A stretch of DNA of 64,000 bases from the human T2T-CHM13v2.0 reference genome, Homo sapiens. The notes under the pieces were generated by a model. That model searched no databases. It saw only the letters and a list, made by a program, of their open reading frames with translations, and had not been told where the DNA came from. A program made the translations under genes and the position numbers. Location of the stretch: assembly GCF_009914755.1 (NCBI RefSeq), contig NC_060938.1. One strand, given 5' to 3'. This document shows, one piece after another, positions 1 to 18,825 of the stretch. Within the stretch, counting starts at the first letter, position 1, and each line of letters opens with the position of its first letter.

Positions 1-538
1 AACAGGGTAAACACCTAATCTAGATTAGGAGGAGCAAATGGGGCCAAGAAGTGGCAGTGCTAGGTACTTCTCAGTGGAGGTTAATACCTGCACTGAATCA
101 ATATACTGAGAGTCGGCTAAAAGAGCCATAGAGACACTCCACACAGAGAAAGCAGAAAATGCAAGGGTAACAGAGTGAAGAGGTAACATTGCTGCTTTAA
201 GGAGCTATAGAAAATTCAATATGGTTCAAGTTTAGAATGTCAGGAGCATGGGAATAGTTGAAACTGAAGAGATAGGCAGGAACTAGATCATGAGAGACAT
301 TATCATGTCTAACTAAGAAATGTAAACATCATCCCGAAGTTCACAGGCAGCTATAAAGTACTAAATGCAGGGGAGTAACCTGCTTTGCATTTCTGACAAA
401 TTATTCTGGCTGCAGAATGAAAAAAATAGATTGAAGGAATCATGGAGAACAGAGAATTTTAAAAGCTAACTCTTCAGCTGGGGGCGGTGGCTCACGCCTG
501 TAATCCCAGCACTTTGGGTGGCCAAGGTGGGCAGATCA

Positions 539-733
<195 letters not shown>

Positions 734-1659
734 CTACAGAGCGAGACTCTGTCTCAAAAAAACAAACAAAAAAAAAGCTAACTCTTCAACATTTACTATT
801 GGCTAGACACTATCCTAAAGAGCGGCAGAAAGTAACTCATATAATCCTCATTACTAAAACTACAAGGAAGATACCATTATTATCCCAACCCTATAGATGA
901 AATAACCAATGCATAGAGATGTTAACCTGTCCAAGGTCAGCTAATTAGTGATAGAGCTCGATTCCAACCCAGTCATGTCCTTAACCACTACGCTATTCTG
1001 CTCCATTCAGAGAGCTGCCATAGTTAACATAGGCAAAAAGCAATTATGACTGGCTGAAGTAATTCTGTGTCAATGGAATAGAAAAAAGAGGAAGGACTAA
1101 GGCAGTGGGTTTGTCTTTTAAGCACATAAACTCATCTGGATCACCCAATATGATAAGTAAGTAAATGTATTAGTCTTATGTAAGTAAATTTATTTTTTAA
1201 ATAAGTAAACTTATTTTTTAAAACGTAAGTACAATTACTTTAAAATTTATTTTATTTACTGGTGTTTGGCCTATTTCATTTAGTACTAATTTTCTGTAAC
1301 ACAGAATACTGGTACAGTAACTAAATATCATCATGAGCATAGAAAATGGTGGAAGACCTATGGCTCTAAGCACTCAGGGCTTTGCTTGGATATAGGAGAT
1401 CGTTTCAAACAGGTAACAACTGACTTTGAAGAAGAAAGGCTGTATTCCCTAACTGGAGGATGTGGGCTGTGATGAGTTACAGAAAGTATAGCAATACCTA
1501 ATCCTTTTTAATAGGAAATTCCTATTTGCAATCTATTAACTCTTACACTGAATCCAAACCACACAATTCTACCCAAATGACACACAGTCATTTCCAGGAA
1601 TATGCCATTTCCACTAAGTATTCAGTTAGTGAAGCATCTGTCTCTAAAAACAACTACTA

Positions 1660-2100
<441 letters not shown>

Positions 2101-2343
2101 TCAAGTACCAAGAAATAAACGGTTTGCTATATACAACTAAGAGATATAAGACAGTTCAGAATTTGGAAAGCTTAAAAGTTAAATTACTATAATAAACTAA
2201 GTGTTTTAAAATAAATAAGTTGGGGGAAAATATTTGAATCAACTACATAAAGGCCTATGTATCTTAGTTTGAAAGAAAGTGATAATATCTCTAATCATTT
2301 ATTACCAAAGTATCATCACCAAACAATGCAAAGAAATCTATAA

Positions 2344-2517
<174 letters not shown>

Positions 2518-2866
2518 TGAGTAGCTGGGACCACAGGCGAGCACCACCACGTCCAGCTAATTTTTGTATTTTTAGTAGAGACGGGATTTCGCCATGTTGG
2601 CCAGGCTGGTCTCAAACTCCTGGCCTCAAGTGATCCACACACCTTGGCCTCCCAAAATGCTGGGGTTATAGCCATAAGCCACCACTCCCGGCCACAGAAT
2701 CTTAAAAGCAGAGGTGCCACTGCAAATTTCTGGCAGATAAGCAGAACTAGTCATTTACACTTCCTTATAACTTAGGGCAAGTTTACAGCACTGTCCTGGT
2801 CTTAGAATGCTAGGTCTATCATTTAGTTATGTCATCTAATATGTTAAATTAATAAAACTATCAACT

Positions 2867-3375
<509 letters not shown>

Positions 3376-3769
3376 TCACATTTATAATCAATAAATTTAT
3401 GTAAGCTATATATTTAACTGTTGTCCAAAAGTGTGCATTATTAAAAAGAATTCTCAGAACATGTTAAGGCTGAAAAGAATTTAAACACAGACCCAAAATT
3501 AGGACTATTCTGAACAACTTCACCCTTTCCTTTCTTAGGTCTCAAAAACAGTTTTTCTACTTCTAATGAGGGAACATCAGCAAGAAAAGGCTAAAACAAA
3601 CGATAAGTAAAAATGTCTTTTCCTTAATATCTGTGACCATGAACTTCTCCTTTTCCTAATGTCACTTTCTGCCAATACCAGTGTCACCCCTCTGACCAAT
3701 CTGTACCTGCTGTTCCACTACTTCCATCCTCTCACTCAGCCTTTCCTTTCACCAGTCTTATTGGGACTC

Positions 3770-4094
3770 CCAAACTGTCAACCTGGCGCCTTCCTACCCA
3801 AGTTGAGCCCACTGTGTCTCTCGCAGGAACCTGGATCTTGAGCTGAGTCCATCGACTAGGGAAACTGGTTTGACGGGAAGCACCAGGACAGGTGCCCTCT
3901 CAAGAGTCTGTCCACTGGGTCCCGCCACCCAGATTCCTAACACTCTTCCCACTCCTATCCAACCTGAGGCCAAAACATTCAACTCCTCCTTCAATCCTGC
4001 GGATGGACTACCCTGGGTTCTTCCAGTAAATCCTCTTTTGCTTTACTTGGCCAGAGATGGTTTTTGTTGCTTGTAACCAAGAATCCTAATCTAC
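3770..4094 (+). mobile_element. Old MaLR (MLT1-like) LTR fragment
   Basis: 3' end gtaaatcctcttttgctttacttggccagagatggtttttgttgcttgtaaccaagaatcctaatctaca resembles the MLT1 terminus. The 5' boundary is approximate. Confidence 0.5.
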
Positions 4095-5171
4095 AGAAAA
4101 ATTGATGCTCTTATGGAAAAAAGAAAAAAAAAGATCCTAATCTATAAATTAACTTCTTACTTATGTGCCACCACTGGGCTAAGAGCTTTACATTTAAACC
4201 TCAAAACAATCCTACAAGATAGGTATTATCATGGTCTCCATTGATAATAAAACAGAAGTAACTTGCCCGAGATTAGCATAGCATGTAAATAATACAGCCA
4301 GGATTCAAACACAGGTCTGATCCGGATTCTATCCACTCTAGTATTGTAATAATAATGAACCCAAAACTAAAAATTCTATATCTGACAATAATTTTAACAC
4401 TAAAAATAATTCACTGCCACAATAATATATGCAACTAAGACTTTTCTTTAAAGAAATAATAATTGACACAAACTAGCGAAATTCTACCGCTAAGGTAAAA
4501 TAAGTATTTCCAATGCATGATATTAGTATTTTATTTTGTCCATATCCTTTAACTCTAAACCTTGAAACTTCAGCAACCCTGCAATTAGGTTTTAATAAAG
4601 ACGGTTTTACAAGATACAATAGAGTATAGAGACTTACGAAAGATAAGCTCCGTAATAAATGTTCAAAACCAAATGATTCTGGAAAGACAGAGATTTTTAT
4701 ATACTTTACATAAATAATAAAGAATATTAAAAAAAAATATTTTTAAATGGACCAGGCGCGTTGGCTCATGCCTGGAATCCCAGCGTTGTGGGAGGCTGAA
4801 GCAGGAGGATGGCTTGAGGCTAGAAGTTCCAGACCAGCCTGGGCACCATTAGCAAACCCCATCTATACAAAAAAAATCAGAAAAAATTAGCCAGGCATGG
4901 TGGCATGTGTGCCTGTAGTCCCAGTTACATGGGAAGCTGAGGCAGGAGGATCACCTGAACCCAGGAGTATGAGGCTGCAGTGACCTGATCATGCCACTGC
5001 ACTCCAGCCAGGGCAACACAGTGAGATCCTATCTCTAAAAGAAAAAGAAGTACCATAATCTATATAATGATAATGACTTTTATAACTGAGACTTTTACTA
5101 ATTCAGGCCTATGCTTTTAATAAGCAGATTTAGATGTATAACTCCCATCATCAATCAACAATTTGACTTAC

Positions 5172-5240
5172 CTTAATGATATTTTGTAGTTTACATATTT
5201 CACTTTGATCAGAGTTATCTGTTCCTTGTGCTTTGGAAGT
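5172..5240 (-). CDS. TRIP11: TRIP11 coding exon 5, 69 nt
   Basis: Acceptor tctag|ACT, donor AAG|gtaagt. Encodes TSKAQGTDNSDQSEICKLQNIIK (cumulative 657 nt). Confidence 0.93.
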
Positions 5241-5527
5241 CTAGATCAGAAAAAGAGAATTAGTAAATAATTATACTGATTTTCTTGTCAACAGAAAGTC
5301 ACAAACTAACTTCATTACAAGAATACTTTTGTAAAAAGGGGGATTTTCACAGATTCCGACTAAAGAATGCCATGGACCTTTTAAAGAACCTAGTCTAATA
5401 GTGAATAATACACAATAAATAAAAGATATCATATTTAAGAATGTATTAACTAATGGGGGGGACAACAGTTTTACAAAATAACTAAAGTTAAGGTAGAAAA
5501 ATTTATAGAATATTTTACTTAGCTTGA

Positions 5528-5914
<387 letters not shown>

Positions 5915-6192
5915 TAGAGAATAATCTTTGGTTTAATAAATAAATAAAACAACTTTTGGATTCTTCTCATTCAAAGCTGTATGTTGTTCATTTATCTTTA
6001 TTAATATTACTATGTAGCATTTTAATGAACCAAAAGCTACTCTAGGACTGAAAGAAAGAATAAAGTATAATAGAAAAAATACAGGATTTAGTCAAAACAC
6101 GTGTGTTTGAATCATAACTTAACCACTGTGGCAATGGATTATATGACTTAAACTTTTAGTTTCCTAGGGCTGGGCACAGTGGCTCATGCCTA

Positions 6193-6516
<324 letters not shown>

Positions 6517-7184
6517 CTATCTCATAATTATTAACATAATAATATATTGGGATAATACATATGGAAACATAAAATGTAATGCAAATATTAATTTTTATTA
6601 CGTCTTGCTAGAAAATTAAGTCCTCTGAACGGTCCCAATTATGCCTTTTTCAACTTTATAGTCTAGTACAGGTCTGTCATGGAGTAGGCATTCAAGATAT
6701 GCTGAAATGAACACACCAAAAACCATTCTCTTCCCTATGAAATCTTACTCTAACAATGTTTCTTAAAATGTGTTCCTTAGGTTATCAGAATCACCAGGGC
6801 TATTTGTTTAAATGCAGTTTAAGGCCCTAAAACTGGCTAACAAATTGATATCCCTGAAGGTACCACAGAAGATCTACAATACTGCCAAGTTCTCCAGGTC
6901 ATTTCTTATACATAGAAAGTTTACTGCTTTTTGGAGATAAGATGGACAAACAGATCATCCTCTCTAAAGCTTATTTTGGGTACTGAGAATGTCTAGCAAC
7001 TTGTGAAAGAAGGAGATAATTTTAATTGGGAAGATTTCTCCTTTACATAACTAGATTACATTCATAAAAACACAAAAAATAATCTCTTTACTCATGTAAT
7101 TTTTTTTTACATTGATGAAATTAAATCCAAATAAACAGTGTTCCAGTTTACTCCAGGTCTCATGTCTACAATTTCCATAGTATA

Positions 7185-7838
<654 letters not shown>

Positions 7839-8229
7839 TATAAAATCTGATATATAAGACAAAAAAGGGCTCCTTGGAAGAAAGTTTACAGCCCCAAATA
7901 GCAAAATATTAATTTCTAGTGCATGAGAAACAACACAAAATGGTTTATCATATTTTATAATATCAATTACCAGATTTTCATTTTACATGTAACTAGAGCT
8001 AGCAGAAACCTCAGACAACATCTAAGCAAGCGGTTTCAAACATGGTGCCTCGGAGTCCTGGTGTTTACACCAGAGGAGTCTCAGGGACTCCAGAAGAGAA
8101 GGTTCTTGGTTCAACCACAGCAACTCAATTTTTTTCCTCTCATGTTTTATTAAAAAAAAAAAAAAGGATCTGTTGCTTTTTTTTGAAAATTTTTTCCAAA
8201 TAGTGTACAGAAAGGGAAACTCAGACTAG

Positions 8230-8897
<668 letters not shown>

Positions 8898-8987
8898 AGA
8901 AAGTCACTGACGGAATTAGAATACACCTTTTCTATTTCCTAGTCCAGGGTTCTTTCTGATATCAAAAGCTCTACATACAGTTTTTTA

Positions 8988-9320
<333 letters not shown>

Positions 9321-10743
9321 CTATATATTTATAATCCAAGTTTTAGAGAAGGTACTTTAAAACAATCATATTGACTTTTTATAGATTTGTATTAAAAGAC
9401 ACAATACAATAATTTGTCTAAGATTATCCAATGATGGTCCTCTATCAACTGAATCTAAGTCTTATATAACATTCTAACCATAACATTTTTATTTAAAACA
9501 CACTCACAATTAAAGCATAAATAATGTTACAAATAGTAGAAATATCAGAATTTTGTATGTTAACTAAAGCAATGAATTTCTCAGTTAAACATGGGTTTGC
9601 TATCTTCTCTGCATGGAGTAGTATAGGCAATTTCTTAGGGTTCTGTTTGTGATTACCAAATCTTAAATGATGAGAAAATGAAAGCTGTGTCCGTCTATGC
9701 ACTGGAAATTTTCTTAGAATATCTCCTGTTACAAGGGTGTTGTGTAACTGATTATGGCTGGATGTAGGCTTAAAATGCACCATGAATCTGAGGTAACTTT
9801 GTATTGACCTGCACAACACAGCTGGAAGAATGCTTTGATTTATAAATCCAATCTTTTTAGATAAGATAACAGTGAAACAGTGAGCCCATGGTTATTAGCC
9901 CATGAATCTTAAAAAGAAATAATATACTGAAAGTGGTCTTAGCTTTAGATTTGGCAAAGAGGAGCCAGCGAAAATCTGACCTATTTAGGAAGAGAACAGT
10001 TCTGAAGTTCTGAAATTACCAGCAGTTTTGACTAAAGGCGGGTAAGTCATAGCGCAAAAGAAATTATAAACACAGGACCTACCAAAATGCCACATCCATT
10101 CTTGTAAAAGATTATTCAAAACACAAAATCAAACAATATAGACAGAACTGAAAAAAGTTTTCTATAAAGTAGAGTAGTCCAGAAGACACTGCCACAACTG
10201 AGGAAAATTTGATATTAGGAAGACAGCCAACAAGTAACAGTATTTCTATATGCATAAAGTTAAGCAAGTAGACAAAAACCAAACACATTTATGTTGTATG
10301 TCATAACAAACAAGTTTTTCATATTGGAGCCCCTTCTCAAATGGAAATTTATAGTACTGTACAAATTTCATTCATTTTCCCACAAATGACATGAGATAAA
10401 TTCCATCTTGGAGAATATGAACATCACAATGAGGGCCGCACATAGATTCAGGAAATAACAGATCTATATAATCATATATTTCATCCTCGTAAAAAGTACT
10501 AAAATCCACATCTTTTTCAAATGTAGCTATATTTAAAAAGCTATCATTATATGATATTTATATCAACTTGTAGTTATACAAGTGCAAGCTGTAATAACAG
10601 ATATTTCCAAACCTGAATGCTTAATGTGCCCTCTAATATCGATAGTTAAGTAGAACATAAAATACCAAAATTTTCCCCACCAGTGTTTTCAACTGTGAGG
10701 TAGGCATCAGAATAACCTGTGGAGCTTTTGAAAATGACCAATA

Positions 10744-11072
10744 CAGGTTGAGTATCCTTATCCGAATGCTTGGGACTAGAAGGGTTTCACATTTCAGGTA
10801 TTTTCCAATTTGAGAACATTCTCATAAATGTAATGAGATATCTTGGGGATGGGACCCATGTCTAAACACAAAATTCATTTATGTTTCATATACACCTTAT
10901 ACCCACAGGTACGTGTGAAAGTAATTTTATAAAATGCTTTTAACAATTTTGTGCATAAAACAAAGCTTGTGTTCAGTACTTATTTGTGGAATTTTCTACT
11001 TGTGGCATCAAACTGGCACTCAAAGTTTTGGATTTTGGAGCATTTCGAATTTTGGTAGGAATGCTCAACCTG
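10744..11072 (-). mobile_element. Tigger4/MER46-type MITE, nested in a MER5-like fragment
   Basis: TIRs caggttgagtatcc ... ggaatgctcaacctg. Reverse-complement similarity to the 7185 element. Confidence 0.78.
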
Positions 11073-11384
11073 CACCAGGGCCTCTTTCCAGTACACTAAG
11101 TTAGAATCTCCTAGGTGGTGTAAACATGTATATGCTTTTAAAGTGTCATAATGACACAGCTGTAAACCCCTGGGTAGGAGGAACTACTGTTCTATCATAA
11201 TGTTTATAACTCAATGCTACTCAAAATGTGGTCCACAGACGAATGCAGTTGAATGCTCACTACCAGTCCAGAGCAAGTATAGCAATGTGAAAAGTAAGGT
11301 TTAAGACTTTTAAAGCAATTTAGTAGTAATTTTATATCTGCTGAACTTTTTTTTTTTTTTTTGAGACGGAGTCTCGTTCTGTGA

Positions 11385-11564
<180 letters not shown>

Positions 11565-12726
11565 TAACTTTAAGTTGAACTTGAGGACAGGCACGGTGGC
11601 TCACGCCTGTAATCCCAACACTTTGGGAGGCCAAGGCGGGCAGATCACCTGAGGTCAGGAGTTCAAGACCAGCCTGGCCAACGTGGTGAAACCCCATCTC
11701 TAATAAAAATTCAAAAATTAGCCAGGCGTGGTAGTGCATGCCTGTAATCCCAGCTACTCAGGCGGCACGAGAATTGCTTGAACCGGGATGCAGAGGTTGC
11801 AGTGAGCCGAGATTGCACCACTGCACTTCAGCCTGGGCGACAGAGCAAGACTCTGTCTCAAAAAAAAAAAAAAAAATTATTTGAACTTGCAACTTTGCCT
11901 TTTTTAGTATTCATTTTATTTTTATAGTAATTCATTTTGTATTGTATTTTATGAAATTATCACTTCCCAACAAATTGGAAATTTAAGCACTACTTTCAAA
12001 ACCTATGTATATCTTTAACGTGCTATACTTTTATCTTTCACCTTAGCATGTCACTAAAGGAACTAGAAAGCATAGGAATTAGAAAGCATGACACCTAAAT
12101 TTTAAAAACCCAAATATAAAGTTATGGTAGAAATGAACACTTAGTCAACAAACTGAAAAACATCCAAATGATCTGGACAATATAACAGGAAATGGTTCCA
12201 TTCAATGTAAGTATTTATTGGGGGCCACTTAGGTACTAAACACTAAAGAGAATTCAGTAACAGCATGACACATGAGGACACAGACTGTATTTTAAGGATT
12301 CAGAGTAACATTAAATTATATAATATCTACTACCAGCACTGTAAAGCAAAGATAAATCAATTCCAAAGCAGCCATTTCAAACTAAAAAACCCAAAAACAT
12401 TTATAAAGCAATTATATGTAAATTATCATATATTTAATAGTTTTTCCATGGAAAATCAAGCACATGCCAATACAACAAATATTAGGCTTCATAAAATCAG
12501 AAATTATAAGCAACAGATCCCTAAAGATATTTTATACAAAAACTTTTTCTTCTTCTTTGGAAAGAAAAAAATTATACTTCACACAGGTTGGTTTATATAT
12601 GTAAACTTAATAAAGTTTACATTACCTTACAAAGTTCTTATTAAATAAGGGATATCAAACTGAGTCGAAAATCATTAAATTCATCACCTTTTCATATTTT
12701 TACAGATCTGAATATACCTCGATTTA

Positions 12727-12909
<183 letters not shown>

Positions 12910-12966
12910 CTAGAAAAAAAAAGTATTTTCAACAAAAAGACTGCAAGTAAAACATGTAATTAGTTA

Positions 12967-13523
<557 letters not shown>

Positions 13524-13913
13524 CTAGCACACAGCAGTCAATACATGTCTAGTAAATAAATGGATTACATGTTTGAACTTTTGTTTTCTTCCCCAAACAG
13601 AACTTTTTTTAAAAAGAAATCTTTCTGGTTGAAGTACAGGGAGGAGGCTAAAATCTCACATAATTTGCTTGTCTTTCAGGGTCCCTGAAGGACCTCGGAA
13701 AAAATCCAATTTGAAAACCACTACTAGAACTGTTTGAAAAAAGTTAAAAGTACACAAAATAGCCTAATTCAATGAACCTAGACATTACACACTGTCTTTT
13801 AAGATGTTGAAAAACATGAAAAAAATTACTCAAATTGTATGTACCTAAATATTAAATTATCTTAACCTATTATCATTCCTTATTTGAATGAAATAATAAG
13901 AACATAATGGGGC

Positions 13914-15070
13914 GCCCCACTGGCTGCTCTGAAAAGCCATCTTTGCATTGTTCCTCGTCCGCCTCCTTGCTCGCCGCAGCCGGCAGCTTTATCGCCAGAG
14001 TCCCTGAACTCTCGCTTTCTTTTTAATCCCCTGCATCGGATCACTGGCGTGCCCTACCATGTCAGACGCAGCCGTGGACACCAGCTCCGAAATCACCACC
14101 AAGGACTTAAAGGAGAAGAAGGAAGTTGTGGAAGAGGCGGAAAATGGAAGAGACGCCCCTGCTGACGAGGAAAATGGGGAGCAAGAGGCTGACAATGAAG
14201 TAGATGAAGAACAGGAAGAAGGTGGGGAGGAAGAGGAGGAGGAAGAAGAAGGTGAGGGTGAGGAAGAAGGATGGAGATGAAGATGAGGAAGCTGAGTCAG
14301 CTACCGGCAAGTGGGCAGCTGAAGATGATGAGGATGACGATGTTGATACCAAGAAGCAGAAGACCGACGAGGATGACTAGACAGCAAAAAAGGAAAAGTT
14401 AAACTAAAAAAAAGGCCGCCGCGACCTATTCACCCTCCACTTCCCCTCTCAGAATCTAAACGTGGTCACCTTCAAGTAGAGAGGCCCGCCCGCCCACCGT
14501 GGGCAGTGCCACCAGCAGATGACACGCGCTCTCCACCACGCAACCCAAACCATGAGAATTTGCAACAGGGGAGGAAAAAGAACCAAAACTTCCAAGGCCC
14601 TGCTTTTTTTCTTAAAAGTATTTTAAAAAGGAAATTTGTATTTTTTATTTTCATTTTATATTTTTGTACATATTGTTAGGGTCAGCCATTTTTAATGATC
14701 TCGGATGACCAAACCAGCCTTCGGAGTGTTCTTTGTCCTACTTCTGACTTTACTTGTGGTGTGACCATATTCATTATAATCTCAAAGCAGAAAAAAAACC
14801 TTGTAAAAAAAGCAAAAACGACAACAGAAAAACAATCTTATTCCGAGCATTCCAATAACTTTTTTGTGTATGTACTTAGCTGTACTATAAGTAGTTGGTT
14901 TGTATGAGATGGTTAAAAAGGCCAAAAATAAAAGGTTTCTTTTTTTTCCTTTTTTGTCTATGAAGTTGCTGTTTATTTTTTTTGGCCTGTCTGATGTATG
15001 TGTGAGACAATGTTGTCCAACAATAAACAGGAATTTTGTTTTGCTGAGTTGTTCTAACAACAACAACAAA
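13914..15070 (+). pseudogene. PTMAP7: Processed prothymosin-alpha (PTMA) pseudogene, antisense within TRIP11 intron 2 (probably PTMAP7)
   Basis: Intronless PTMA 5' UTR, CDS and 3' UTR. ATG at 14059 (MSDAAVDTSSEITTKDLKEKK...). In-frame 12-nt deletion, +1 frameshift near 14267, ancestral stop at 14378-14380. AATAAA at 15022-15027 and a tail decayed to (AAC)n. 16-bp TSD aagaacataatggggc at 13898-13913 and 15071-15086. The symbol number is from memory. Confidence 0.93.
14835..14919 (+). ncRNA. miR-1244-like hairpin copy inside the PTMA pseudogene 3' UTR
   Basis: 14889-14914 reads AAGTAGTTGGTTTGTATGAGATGGTT, matching mature miR-1244 as I recall it. The flanks match the PTMA 3' UTR-derived precursor with about one substitution. 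Expression is unknown. Confidence 0.55.
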
Positions 15071-15775
15071 AAGAACATAATGGGGCAAAAGAAATGGACA
15101 CTAAAACTCTCTACAAAAAAGAATTTACAAATAATTGCAGATAACAATTTACTAAGCATTCTACTAATATACCCACAAACACGGTTTAACAACAATGAAT
15201 GAGAAAAAGAAGACTGATAGTGAGAAAGAAAGCTCTTGCTAAAAGGTGAAGACTTTTTCACTTTGGGGATGTCATTTGTTTTCTTCTTAGATTCTAGGAA
15301 CTTCTGATGTCAACAGATGTGAAAATAATGATCCAGGAAGATTACATAAATTCCCAGAGAAAACCAATGGAATAATCAAAGGAATAATTACAGCATCCAC
15401 AAATCCTAGTTTGGGACTCTATCCCCAGAAATCTAACACAGACCTTAATTATCCTGAAGAACTAGTAGTAAGAAACAGGACCAATGGTCCCAACAGCTGA
15501 TTACCTTCTATTCTACTGGCTGCTTTTGCATGACTTTCTGTAAGCTGTTTATATGAAAAACACCATACATAACTCAGCGATATAATATACTGAAGTCAAA
15601 CCCTGGTTATAAAAGTTCACTTCAGGTTTTTTTTCACACAAAAATACCTAAGGTTATTTATTTAACTCTGATTAATAAATAGAACTGTGAAACTTTGAAT
15701 ATGGTCAATATCTACTTGGTTGTCTGCCCTCATCTCCATAGCCATATGAGAGTCAGAAAGATTGAGAAAGGGCTA

Positions 15776-15976
<201 letters not shown>

Positions 15977-16736
15977 TCAAGGCTGCAGGGGAGCCATGAT
16001 CACACCACTGCACTCCAACTTGGGTGACAGAGCAAGACCCTGTCTCAAAACAAAAAGAAAGGCTGAGAGAGCAAATGAAGGACAGTTTCTCTTCATGTGG
16101 CCGAACCCATAAAATATGAAAAGAGTTGCCAGAGATAATATTTTCTATTATATGGAATATTGAACAGAGGGGGCTGGTCTGAAAGGAGAAAAGAATAAAT
16201 GCATAGAAAGAAGAAAAGAGAGTACAAATGAAAAGAGAGACAGACTCCTGATGGCCTCCAGTTCTAGCTGCAGTCCTTCTAAAGTCAGACTACATTTCTG
16301 CTATTGAAATCCATAGGACACTCACATCTTAAAATATTCCGTCCTGCTTAATCTTTGGTTATACCATTAGGGTCCACTGAAATCAACTTAATTTCTTTTT
16401 TAGGCAGTCCTAACTATTCGTAAAACTTGATATTTATGATTTTTATTCTTTCTGAGGGGTCTACCAACAAAGAGAAAATTTACCTATTTTCAAAAATAGA
16501 ATAAAACATTCTATCTTACAATTACCATAGGGTACCGTGGATCTTTTTATAAATCTAAGAAAAATCATGGGAGCAAAATCAACTTGTATTTTCTGTATCT
16601 TAAAACATTTGGCTCTTTTACTATCATGGGAATTTTAAAAAATCATTTAAAAAATTATTCCCAACTATTTTAAAAATGACAATAACAAGAAAACGGAAAA
16701 CTTATGAAATCACCTAGGAGAATGATGCAATGGTAA

Positions 16737-17120
<384 letters not shown>

Positions 17121-17399
17121 TAGCTGTCTACAGACACCACTTTTTGTAGTTTTGTTTTTTCTCTTTCATCGAACACAGTTAAAAACTCAGAATTTTTAAT
17201 TATTTGATGAAGAGAAGAAAACTGACAAAGGAAAACATTCACAATTATTAGACAACTTAGAAGATTAATGCAGAGACAGAAAGCAGCATCCTAGAGTCTA
17301 ATGGTTATGGTGAAACTGACTGTAGAAGTGAAATCTTACACAAATCTTCAGATGGCAATATCCTGGAAGAATTTTCTAAAAGTCAAGAATTGATGAGTG

Positions 17400-17707
17400 G
17401 GCCGGGCGCGGTGGCTCACGCCTGTAATCCCAGCACTTTGGGAGGCCGAGGCGGGCGGATCACGAGGTCAGGAGATCGAGACCATCCCGGCTAAAACGGT
17501 GAAACCCCGTCTCTACTAAAAATACAAAAAATTAGCCGGGCGTAGTGGCGGGCGCCTGTAGTCCCAGCTACTTGGGAGGCTGAGGCAGGAGAATGGCGTG
17601 AACCCGGGAGGCGGAGCTTGCAGTGAGCCTAGATCCCGCCACTGCACTCTGCACTCCAGCCTGGGCGACAGAGCGAGACTCCGTCTCAAAAAAAAAAAAA
17701 AAAAAAA
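17400..17707 (+). mobile_element. AluYa5 (young, human-specific)
   Basis: Ya5 diagnostics accatcCcggctaAaacgg, gcgtAgtggc, ctacTtggg, agatcCcgcc. CpGs nearly all intact, pure A tail, perfect 15-bp TSD aagaattgatgagtg at 17385-17399 and 17708-17722. Confidence 0.92.
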
Positions 17708-17773
17708 AAGAATTGATGAGTGAATAATATATTTTTAAGAACAAAAAAGAAATATGGCTTTCAGATCAATTAG

Positions 17774-18049
<276 letters not shown>

Positions 18050-18519
18050 TAGTAGAGACAGGGTTTCTCCATGTTGGTCAGGCTGGTCTCGAACTCAGGT
18101 GATCCACCCACCTCGGCCTCCCAAAGTGCTGGGATTACAGGCGTGAGCCACCATGCCTGGCCATGTGACAGTATTCTTTCATCATGTATATTTGTACACC
18201 AACATTTACTTGATATGTTCATATGTAGAAGGCTGAAAGCAGGTGTGTACACAAAGGCAACTGGGAGGAAACAGATGACACAGAAATGAAAAAAACTCAG
18301 TGGACTGATCATTCTAATTGGCATTTATAAATCTAAGAATAAACATGCTTTTGAAATTATAGAGCAAAGATGACAGCCATCATCTCTTCAATAAAATCAT
18401 GAGCCATTAAAATTTTCAAAAGTATTGCTTTTAATGACACAATCAAGAACCAGGCTGGGCATGTGGCTCATGCCTGTAATCCCAGCACTTTCAGAGGCCA
18501 AGGTGGAAAGACTGCTTGA

Positions 18520-18825
<306 letters not shown>

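Noticed and set aside
1150-1260. Degenerate ~21-24 bp taagtaaa...ttttaaa repeats (similar patch at 63025-63110)
   Set aside because: Low-complexity AT-rich slippage with no regular repeat-spacer structure; not CRISPR-like.
14782-15261. 159-aa and 100-aa ORFs over the PTMA pseudogene 3' end
   Set aside because: Low-complexity frames in UTR-derived sequence that cross the insertion boundary.
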